Source of the DNA: the human T2T-CHM13v2.0 reference genome, Homo sapiens
Strand: one strand, 5' to 3'
DNA length: 64,000 nt
NCBI RefSeq assembly: GCF_009914755.1
Contig: NC_060930.1
Each line of letters begins with the position of its first letter. Positions within the stretch are counted from its first letter, which is position 1. This document shows, piece by piece, positions 16,050-27,900 of this stretch. The notes below the pieces were generated by a model. It saw nothing but the letters and a program-made list of their open reading frames with translations. It was not told the DNA's origin and searched no databases. Both the position numbers and the translations under genes were made by a program.

Positions 16050-17734
16050 CTGAGAAAGTAACATGATATTTCATGTATGGCTTGAAGAAGGTAAGGTAGC
16101 CATGAGGACAGCTTTTTACGGTGGATGCTTCTAAACACCGAGTACTCATGGTATGCACAGCTAACATCCATCTACTTCGTTGAGACCCATTTAGCTTCCA
16201 TTGAAATGATATTCAAATATACCATTAATGTGATAATTGGTTATGACTGCTGATAAAAATGATTTACAAAATAATCTTCATTTCAACTGAGCAAGAAAAA
16301 TTTGAGATCCAACTGAAAGAAAACCACATACCTCACTTTATTTTTAACTACTACTACCCCCCTCTCTGAAACCTGCCCCTCTTTCAATTTTCATTATATG
16401 TGACTTTGGGAATGCTGAATTTACTTTTTTAGTATCATTAGCTGGGAAAGGGGGTTAGAAAGAGTGGGAGGAAATAGCCTATCCATATGAAAACAATAAT
16501 CACATAATATTTATTGTCTGGGATTGAAATGTTTCAAATAGGCAAAGCAATAAAATGTCAGGAAAAGCAAAACTTCCTAATGTTAAAAATATCATAAATT
16601 TTTCCCAAAATAAGACATATGAAAAAAGTTCCAGTGATAGTTTATGTCAAAGGAAGAAAAAAGCCCTCAAATCCACGTTAAAGCTGCCTGAAATCTTCAG
16701 AAGGCACAATCTACTCACCATTGGAGAACGAGGAGACAATGGCAATTATGATAAAGTACAGAAAGCAACGATTACCTTTTATTGAGCTTGAGAATCACTT
16801 TTTAACATAAACTCACTGATCCCTGCATTCTATAACTTGGCTTTTGCTATCTATTGTTTTTTAAAAAAAGGTAGTGTCAAAAAACTAGCAGGATTTCAGT
16901 ATCACGTTAAAGTGATTTTACATTTTATAATTACAATGGGACTTATGTGTATATTTATTAATAAAATAGAGTAGCACCTACATGGGCAAAATATACTTTA
17001 TTGAATCTACAGATAATTTAATCTAGGTGGGTTCATGAACCCCTTTCTGTAATTTCACGGTTCCCCTCAGGCTCACTGTTTGGGGCCTGCAGACTACATG
17101 TTGATTGCTTGATTTTCATAGGTGCCAAATAAGATTTCTGAAGGAATGGCTATAAAGAAAACAGACATTTTAATTTCAAGCTACTCTTTGGAGTAGCTTC
17201 CGGTTCACAAAATGTTATTTTTAGTCTAAATAGATCTTTATATTTGCTTTAAGTTCAGTGGACATGTTATTCCATTACCTTTAGGGAAATTTGATCCTAA
17301 AAGGCTCATTGTCTTTACAGTGAACCAGTGGGAGAACTGGTAGGTTTTCAAAGATGGACTATATACAAAAATAGTCCTACTAGTTTGTAATTCTTTTTCA
17401 AGATTGTATAGATTCAGATGGAACTCAAAGGTTCTTAGGTCTTAGTAGTGCAAAGTAATGCAAATATGATTAAGGTCATCTGTTTATGAGGTCCTTAACC
17501 CCTTCACACAAGACTGATGGCACAGTGACCTACTCACAAAGGCCACAAGAAACCTGATGCATGCGGTGCTTTAAATTGGTTTTTCTGAGACATTGTATTT
17601 GTCTTTAAGAGAAAAGCTGTGATCATCTAAAGTTCATAAGCTGTATAGCCAAATAAGTGAAATAAGAATTGATGAGATTAAACAAAGATTTTTAAAAAAG
17701 GATTCTGAGCTTATGTTTAAATGCATTTTTTTTT

Positions 17735-18020
17735 GGCTGGGCACGGTGGCTCACACCTGTAATTCCAGCACTTTGGGAAGCTGAGGCAGGTGGACTACTA
17801 GAGGTGAGGAGTTCAAGACCAGCCTTTCCAACATGGTGAAACCCTGTCTCTACTAAAAATACAAAAATCAGCTGGATGTGGTGGCGCATGCCTGTAATCC
17901 CAGCTACTCTGGAGGCTGAGGCAGGAGAATTGCTTGAACCCGGGAGGCGGAGGTTCCTGTGAGCCACTTCAGCCTGGGCAATAGAATGAGACTCCGTTTC
18001 AAAAAAAAAAAAAAAAAAAA
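17735..18020 (+). mobile_element. AluS with a small right-arm deletion
   Basis: Alu dimer; GTGAGCC joins directly to ACTTCAGCCTGGG; A20 tail. Confidence 0.92.
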
Positions 18021-18311
18021 TTTTTTTTCTACCAACCAAACCACAAATGTTTATGAGTATCTGTGTATATGAGAATGACAAAGAGGTGTTAATTCAAGAC
18101 TTGCCCTCAAGAAATTCTTAATCTGGTGCAGTCTAAAGGCACATGGACAGATGATCAGGGATACTAAATAGGAAGCAGAGAGAACAACAAGGGCTTAGAG
18201 TTCAGAGGAAGCAAAGGGTGCTATGTGCTGAGACAGGCAGGAAACTTTATGGGAAAGAGCTAGGGAAGGAGACCACCATGAAAACCTAGGAAAGAAGAGG
18301 CAGATTGATTT

Positions 18312-19197
<886 letters not shown>

Positions 19198-19277
19198 AGT
19201 GGCCAATGCATTGGCAGGTGAACTAACTCTTCCCAAGTGAAGTAGCTGGAAGACACACTTAAAACCATTCAGAAATA

Positions 19278-19402
19278 GCTGGGTGAGGTGGCTTGTGCCT
19301 GTAGTCCCAGCTAATCAGGAGGCTGAGGTGGGAGGACTGCTTGCACCTAGGAGTTGGAGACCAGCCTCAGTGATATAGGGAGACCCCATCTTAAAAAAAA
19401 AA
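19278..19402 (+). mobile_element. FLAM (Alu monomer)
   Basis: Single Alu arm with A tail; ATTCAGAAA repeated on both flanks. Confidence 0.8.
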
Positions 19403-19499
19403 TTCAGAAAAGAAAGTTGTACCACAGGCTGGTGCAGTTATTTGGAATCTTAAAGGACATAAATCAGAAGGTGGCTTGTCCTGAGGCAGAACAAACTTA

Positions 19500-19700
<201 letters not shown>

Positions 19701-20349
19701 TCAAATTGTGCATGGTAGCTTTTTTTCCACTTTCCTATTTATTTCCATACACCACTTCCCCCAGACCTGCCTCACACACAAACATGTCAGGCTGGGAAAA
19801 ACTATGACTACTATATAATTAATGAATTAATGAGCAAGCCTTTAAAAGGGTCATTTATTTAAAGTTTCAGGGCATTGCCATATGTACTTTTGTATCTGCT
19901 GCTGCAAACACGTAAACAAGATGGGAATTATTTTATAACATGGATACATACCTTGTATGAAAGCGTGAAACGGTAGCCTGTAAACAGAGCCTTCTGGGGA
20001 AATCTGGTCTTCAGAAAGGAGAGAAGCTTTGTATACATGGATCTTTGAGGAATTTTTTCCCATAATTTGTATAGGGACTTTTTAGTATATTCATTGATTA
20101 TATACATTTATCTTGAGGCTTAAGACATTATTAAAAACTTGGCATGAGCCTATATAATTATATTCTATTGTACATGATATAATATTCTATTATATACATA
20201 ATACTTGGCATTAGAGGAGGAATGTTAAGTTAAAATTTTCTTGCAATCAAATTTTCTGGTTCTGAGAAGTGCTTCTAGGTTCAAGGTCAGGCAGCAATTC
20301 TCTTTAATATGGTCTCAGAAATCTCTACTCCAGTACAGTCCACGTTGTG

Positions 20350-20570
20350 TAACAGTGGTTAACAGCATGAGCTTTGGGATCAAAGTGCTGGGTACAAAAG
20401 CCAGCTCTACCTTGGGTAATTCTGCATAAGACATTTAATCTGCTGTTCCTCAGTTTCCTCTCTCCTGCCTGTGGGCAACAGGGCATATCTGGTAGTGGGG
20501 CTGTGAGTATTAAATGAGATAAATCGCACAAACTGCTTAGTACACAGGGTAGCACATGGTGTGCTATAAT
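20350..20570 (+). mobile_element. MIR
   Basis: AGTGGTTAACAGCATGAGCTTTGG...CCTCAGTTTCCTC...TTAAATGAGATAA core. Confidence 0.7.
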
Positions 20571-21789
20571 TATTATGTCATAGCTTATTAAAATGCTGAC
20601 ACAATACATCATCATTTTTGATAGCAAGTAGAGTGTTACCTGGTATAAGTAAAACTATATTTTGATCATCTTGAGCCTTGCCTCCTTCTTTTTTTCCTAT
20701 CTATCTATCTTTACCCTCCTTTGAAAAAAATGAGAATAGTGAATATTCAGTAGTGATGAGCAGAAAAGGGATCATGAACACAATGCTGTACAGATAATTA
20801 CAGTGGCTCCCAACAATGAAATATGTATGCGGCGTTCTTGTGACTGCAGGAATTGATTGCTTTAAAATATGCTTCAATTGCCAAAACTTCCATGACTTAT
20901 GACAGCTTGACTATTTACTATCTATCTTGCTCTGGAAAACAAATGCAAGTCTCGTCTCTTTCTTTAGGTATCATGGTATCAGTATCCGACTTACAACATT
21001 TGAGACTTTCTTTAAGAGATACGACTTTCTAATATTTGAGTTTTTAACGACATCTGGCCCTTATTTAACCATCACATTTACATCCAATTCCTGCAGGCAA
21101 AGTTTTGTTGTTTAAGCTTGGCTAGATGCCCTCTGCAGAAAGCCTTTGCTTTAATGAACACAATTCCACAAAAACTGCTAGAGTTCCCTGCTCTCTTCTC
21201 ACCCCTGCCACTGTACAACAATAGCATGTAAAGTTTCATCTTGAGTTTCAAATAAGAAGGTAAAAATAAGAAACTGTGTTGCTGGAGAATTAGCTCTTTG
21301 TAGTGGCCACTGCTATGACATATTCAACTTGATGCCCTTAGATTATTTGCAGAGTGTTTATGTACTATGAAATGTTCGGCCAGAGCATACAGGAAACTGT
21401 AAAATATTTTATGAGATGTATACATGGTTGATGGTAGAATTTTAAATGTAGCCTGGAAAGGTTCTATCCAAATTCCAGGGGGGCAGATGAGAGAATATGT
21501 TCTCTTTAGTGATTCAGTTTTACACAAGAGGTTATATGAACTGGAAAGCATTGCCTGATTTGAGAACTACGTAAAAAAATTCATAAAATTAAACTTTATA
21601 ATTAATTCTAAACAAGTAAACATGTTTTCTTTCAGACCAAGAATCACCAGTTATGTTTATTTGTCTTCTACATGGTAAAAGCATCAGACATGGCTTGTTT
21701 ATTATTTTATAAAAACAAAGAACAGCAATAAATGAAGGGTTCTCCCCAGATACAGGAATTATATACACCATTTAAAAAATATTTGTGCT

Positions 21790-21997
21790 TCTGATGGTTT
21801 TCAAATAAAAAGTCTTGGTTTTAAAATTGAAACAGTATTTTTGAATCACAACGATTACAATCTAAGAAGGCAGGAAAGCTAATGGCATAACCCTCTAAAT
21901 GGCACGTTCAGAAAGTTATACTTCCAAATTTAGGTGAAGGGAGAAATATTTCTACTTTCTTTACCCTTAAATCTAGGAAGCAGTATCAAGAGACGCT
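21790..21997 (+). repeat. Local duplication A, copy 1 (208 bp)
   Basis: About 93-94% identical to 23372-23580 by manual alignment. Confidence 0.97.
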
Positions 21998-22790
21998 ATT
22001 TATTTATTGGCTTATTTATTTTCAAATTCAGTCTCTAAAATACAAGGGACAAAAAATAGAAACTAGCTTTGTATATTTCCATTTGACTTAGAGTTAAGCC
22101 TGATGTGTAAGATAACAGACTGTTTACTTAATACCACAGTCACACTGAAGATTTTACTATATAACACGTATGCTTTAGGATGTATCCATAATTAGTACAG
22201 TTTTTAAATAAATTTACATCGTTGTCTAGGATAAATATGCCATAAAACCCCAACATGTCTTAGTAATATTCTTATGCTAACCCAGTATGGTAGAAAATAC
22301 TGTATAATACCGACTGAAAATTAGGGACCATCGATTCTCATCTCTGGTCTGTCACTACATTATTGAGTGATCTTAGGAAACTCACTTTCCCTCTCTAGGC
22401 CATGGTTTTTTCATTTGCAAGATGAGCAGCTGTTCTTAATGATCTCTAAGACTATCTTCTGCTCTAACATTATGATTATTGAGAAAATAATTTACTGAAG
22501 TTTTCTTAAACATTCCTTCTGTAAATTTTCTTTTGTTTCTATAGTCACTGCTGAAGGAAGTTTTATTTCACTTCAAATTTAGTATTGTGCAAAGAGTCAG
22601 AGAAAGAACCTAAGTATAAAAAATAGAAAAGGGAATTAAAAATATTGAGCAATTATGGGGACATGTAGGCTGGTTCAGGACAGACATAAATGACCTTGCT
22701 TTATTCTAAATTCAGCTTACTGGCTTATGATGAAAAATGAAAGGTTTTATATGAACTTACTGGGCAAAACCAGATTTTATAAATAATTAC

Positions 22791-22892
22791 CTGTCAGACT
22801 GTTCAAGATAGACAAACATATGCCAGACCAACAAAAACACAGACCTGTCATATTTCTGAGAGAAATGTACATTGAGTCTTCCTTCTCTGGGA
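22791..22892 (-). other. Candidate internal exon (102 nt) of a - strand transcript
   Basis: - strand acceptor TTTTCCTTCGTTTTATTCCACCTGATCTCCTTATAG and donor CAG|GTAATT; alternative donor CCA|GTAAGT 30 nt further on. Confidence 0.45.
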
Positions 22893-23371
22893 CTATAAGG
22901 AGATCAGGTGGAATAAAACGAAGGAAAAAAACCTAAACCCTATATTTTCTGTCTTGTGCATACTTTAAAATGTATAATGTGGGAGAGAAGGAATTTTGAT
23001 GTGAAAAATTATCCCCTGAAAATTTTATACCATCTATAAGCCTGGCAGATCAAAACCAAATACAATAAATGCTATCGTTTAAAAGTTAAGTTAAGTTAGG
23101 ATGTTTACTGCAAGCTTGTAATTTTCCATGATTATGGATGCCAAGGAAAATAAGAATGATAAAAAGTTTAATCATAATCATACATTTTAACAAGCATAGA
23201 TGGAACATCAAAATCCTTTGGGAATATTTTGATATTATATATCTATCCGTGCTTTTTGTTTCTGAAATGCAAATTTTTTCTAAAAAGATTAACATAGAGC
23301 AGGTAAATGACAGTTAACAAATGTAAATAATGTGGCATAACCATATTAACTGAGCCTCATAATTCTTTGAG

Positions 23372-23580
23372 TCTGATGGTTTTCAAATAAAAAGTCTTGA
23401 ATTTAAAATTGAAACAGTGTTTTTGAATCGCAACTATTACAATATAAGAAGGCAGGAAAGCTAATGACATAACCTCTAAATGGCATGTTCAGAAAGTTTT
23501 ATACTTCCAAATTTGGGTGAAGGGAGAACTATTTCTACTTTCTTTACCCTTAAATCTAGGAAGCAGTATCAAGAGAGGCT
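23372..23580 (+). repeat. Local duplication A, copy 2 (209 bp), followed by a junction scar
   Basis: Direct repeat of 21790-21997; followed by a fold-back and reiterated AGCAGTATCAAGA units. Confidence 0.97.
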
Positions 23581-24346
23581 TGCTCTCTTGAGCAGTATCA
23601 AGAAAAAGGAGCAGTATCAAGAAAAAGATCTTTCATGTTTCTCATTTCTGTTTTTATTAATTCTTTAGAAAGAGTGTTTCAAGTATGTGTAAAAACCATA
23701 AAAGTAAAATTATACAAAACTCCCACAGAATTAAAGAAATAACTTTCTTTTTTGCAACTGAAGTTTAATCAGGAACTGTACAATTACATCTGCTATATTT
23801 TGGTTTGTTCCAAAGAGTTACGGTTCCTCATTTACTGGAGAAAGTATAGATGCCAGAAGGGTAGCTCGGCTGCTAACAGCAAGAAATTACCCAGCCCACA
23901 TTTCCAGTCTAGGTGTGGTAGTGCTTTGAAGGGAGGAAGCAAGAAATCACTCTGCTCCCCTTCTACTGATTCTGAATACTTGGCTTCTAAATGTGTATGG
24001 CATGTGCAGGAGTGGTGGATCTGGGGATTGGAGGAACAGGAAAAGGAGGGAAATGAAGATGGAGGAAGAGGTTCTGTGTGAGGAAAAACACACATGAAAG
24101 GCAGATGGCAGGAAGTTGGGAAGCAGGCATTGAAAATGACACATACTATAAGTGGAGTGAAGGGGAAAGGAGGTGGGAACAGGTGATTTATCAGGTCTGT
24201 TAGATCTTTGATTACTGTAAGTTTATAAAATGGATAGCTGTCACTAAAACACATGTCAACAAATGTTGGAAAGTAAAGTTGGTGGTGTAAGGGAAGGCGA
24301 AAACTCACTGTCCTTTTAATTTTGTTTCCTTGTTCCAAACCTGGAT

Positions 24347-24950
24347 TATAAAATATATCAAATAAAATGCAGACAAAACGCTGGACGGGGGCAACCACTG
24401 CTTTTAAGGTATGTGAGCTGAGGGCAGTAAATCTACTCAAATTAAAATTTCAAAACTGTGTGATCTGCATTCTTGTCCACCTACAGACTATCCTAAACAT
24501 CCTGCCATTAATTAGCTGAACAGCCCATCTAGTAAACAAGACCGATGGTTGAGGGGCTGGAAAAGAGGAGGAGTCAGCAAGTTGAAAGTCACAACAGACC
24601 AGCCCACTCCCTCAGATAAAAGAAAGGTAAATTTGTATTTTATTTTGTTCACAAGAAATCACCTTAATATAACATTGCCTTTCCTGTTGTTGCAGGCACA
24701 TCACAGTTGTCACATCAGCAGGCTAGAAAAGCCATCCCATTCCTGCGGTAGGCATTCTGTCAAAGAAAAAGAAATCTGCAATGAATTATCACATGAAGTC
24801 AAACAAGGAAAGGAGGCAAAAAGCAAGCAGAGCCCTCTTCCTGTTTTGTAGACTCTGCTGGCTACAATCTAATAGAATGCTTAATCTGAATATTTCTGGT
24901 GGCAAAACTATAGCAACCATTCTGTCTATTAAAAAGTCAGTGTGGTTAAC
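24347..24950 (+). ncRNA. Candidate compact spliced transcript (lncRNA or micropeptide): exons ~24367/24373-24408, 24487-24626 and 24696-~24950
   Basis: TATAAAA 24347-24353; AAG|GTATGT...TTCTTGTCCACCTACAG (78-nt intron); AAG|GTAAAT...CCTTTCCTGTTGTTGCAG (69-nt intron); ATTAAA 24928-24933 with a downstream GT/T-rich tract. Confidence 0.55.
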
Positions 24951-27900
24951 AAGTGGTTAGTGATTCTATTTTTGGGAAGTAGCAGATACATAAAATAAGA
25001 CATCCCATTTTGTTAACTGATTGGGCTTGGTTAGGCCAAAGAGATGTATTGAATCTGTTTGTCTTTTATAAACATGTGTTCTCTATTCGATATGCTCAGG
25101 AATCACTTCTAACTAACTAAGTATCTTAATAGTCTATAAATTACTGACTCATTACTGGCCCTTCCCGGGCCTAATTTATAGTCTGAGTGAAAAGCTGTCG
25201 GAACAGACACTAATAGAGGCCTCTCCTCCTCCCTAAAATATGATGATCTCAAAGGAGTTCTGTATAGTTCTGCATATTGTAGACAGTATCAAAAATGCAA
25301 ATCTTATATAATTTTATATACATACCTGTACGTACAGATGTACACATGGATATGCATGGTGGGATAAAATACTCCCATAAAAGAAAATGGGAAAATGGAT
25401 TCTAAGTGCAATAATTAATACGTTTCAGTAAAGAAAGAAAAGTTGCATGCTTTTCATTCCAAGAGACATATTTTGCATTTCAGTGTTGGGAGACCTGGAT
25501 CACACAGGGTCTCTGTAACATCCTGAATTCCACCATAAGACCCAGAGGGGAGCAGAACTAAAATTCAGGACTTAGGAATAAAATTTCCCTTTCCCTGGCA
25601 CATTTTTAATCATTTAAACTAGTAACAGTCACATCCAGAGAATTCATAACCGTCAATCTTTTCAGAAAAACAAAGAAAATCATAAAATTCAGGTTAGGGA
25701 TTTTTCCCCCTTAGGCTAATAACTCTGAAGCAGTTCTGGAGTCTGTATACTTCCAGCCCAATGAATTAACCTTGAACAGCCACAGCCATATTTTAAGAAA
25801 TACAGAATAACCTTTTACGATCAAGATAATGCTATGGAGGCAGTGAAATCTTCATCTTAAAAAATAATTAAACCACATTTATAATTAATTATACTAAAAA
25901 TGGAAAGTAGACTTAACCCTTTTAGAAAGACTTCCATCAACATGAGGTGAAACAAATATAGTTTTCTAGATAACCTTCTCTTAATCATAAAATTCAATTA
26001 ACTTGAAAACCTTCTCTCCAAATATCCTGCTTAAGAAGATTTACTGTGCTTGTCAGGCTTTGGCGCCCTGGCTGAAATTTCTTTGGTTAGTTATGCTGCT
26101 ATGCAGTTCACTCCAGATCAGTGTATCAGGGATGACAAAACAGTGGCACATTCCAAGTGTCATTCCTCAGTGTTCTTTCTGTGAGCTTGTTCTTTACCAT
26201 GGGGCTTTTTGTGTTGTAGAACACTTCTGGATTGAAGAAAACATTCTAACAAGGACTAGAAAATTCCAACTCTACTTCCTAAAATTGCGCTATAGAACAG
26301 TGTTAAGTGAATGCCTCAGAGAGCCACAAATAACTTGCAGGAATGCATAGGGTGTCTTCCCACAACCACAGGCAGTGGAGCCTCAGTCTGTGAAACAAAC
26401 AGCTCCTACCACCACGGCTGCCTTACAGAGAGGCTTATGCCAAAGTAATACTCTTAGCTTCTTGACCTTGATATTTTAAATTTTATAACCACAGTGACAA
26501 TCTTTAACATCATGTATTATTTAAAGCACAGGGATGGTTTTATATGGAGTTAAATGGACCTAGGAGTAAGGCTGCATTCCTTCTAAACATACAGTGTTGA
26601 AGTGAGCCTTGCTTGAGAAAGGAGGTTTTGGCTTAGAGGGAGACTGAGTCTTAGCTGAGTTCACCTGAGAAATAACCAGGTTTTAATCTTTTCAGACGGG
26701 GCAATATAAAATAGTTCTTATTAGCATGGAAAAGGTCACTTTTGAAAGATCGATTCACCTTCACAGATGATTTATCACTGCTTTGCAAACAAAAGATTTT
26801 TTTTTAATAACTTATTTAGTAACACAGATCCTATGAGAAAACCAAAGTTTAGAGTTGACCCAGATTTCTGTGATGTTCTTCCCATTTGAATTCTGAAATA
26901 AATAAAGAAGGAACAAACAAGCATGTGTAATTAGTGAAGAGCAATTTCAGTAAACATATTCCCTAGGGTACTCTATTTTGAGTCACTGCTTTTTCCTTTT
27001 GATGTACAAAGGATGTACATTGTCTATGTAGGGCAATTATGGGAACGTCCCAACTTTGGCATGCTTTCCAGAGTAAGCAACTTTACAGGAAGATGGATGA
27101 AGACAACAACTCATCTTCACGTCAACTGTAAATTTCTCTCTATTTGTGTTGCAAATGTTGAAACTAAATTTAAACATTGCTTGGTGTGAGGGCCTTCCAG
27201 AGGCCACATTCTCATGGAATACTTTGTATCCCACTTACTTTCTTCTGTCAGACCCTATGAATGATTCCCAGTTCTGTATCTATCTTTACAGACACTCCTA
27301 GTTAGTAAAATCCAGGCTTTGACCAGAAAGAGTCAGGACTTCCACCCACTACTGAAAATTATAGCTTAATCAATAACACAATTAGACCTCCCCAACAAAC
27401 TGGATCCTACGTGCCTATATACTACTTAAGGTTCATTTCTGGTTTAATAAAGCTCTGTTCTCAACATCAGTTGCTCCTTTGTGAATTTGCTGAAAAGCTC
27501 AGACATTTTAGCATCTCTTAAAGTTCACAGCAAAGACAATACTTAATGTTTTTAAGGCCCAATTAGTTATAAAATTAGGAATTCATAGTTCCCATTTTTT
27601 TTAATTGAGGACCCAATTTTTGACATTCATTTATTCATACAGTGCCAAATTACGACCTGTGCCAGAATGTCAATCTACCTGGATAAGCAGATACAGATTT
27701 TACCTACTGCACTGGGCACTGTGGGGTAATTAATTTCTAAGTGTGTACTTTTTAAAGTGACTGTTTTTTACTTCATATGGACAAGGTAGAGAAAACATTT
27801 AAATCCCATAGTGGTTTACTTCTGTTTTTTATGGGTTATCATAAATTGATACATCTTAGGGGATACAAATGAATATTAAAAAGCAAAAGATTAATATTTT

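Noticed and set aside
20990-21100. Possible - strand exon (GTAAGT donor, CTGCAG acceptor)
   Set aside because: Weak polypyrimidine tract, poor exonic donor context and stops in all three frames
23562-23627. Repeated AGCAGTATCAAGA units (and the 61.3-kb triplication) as a CRISPR-like array
   Set aside because: Only three units, no spacers of uniform length, eukaryotic context and no cas genes; explained by repair or slippage
23832-24440. Longest ORF in the track (202 aa, - strand)
   Set aside because: Starts at TTG; F/P/S/L-rich composition reflects a purine-rich + strand; no recognisable domain
25880-25893. TATAATTAATTATA palindrome
   Set aside because: Low-complexity AT sequence; expected by chance
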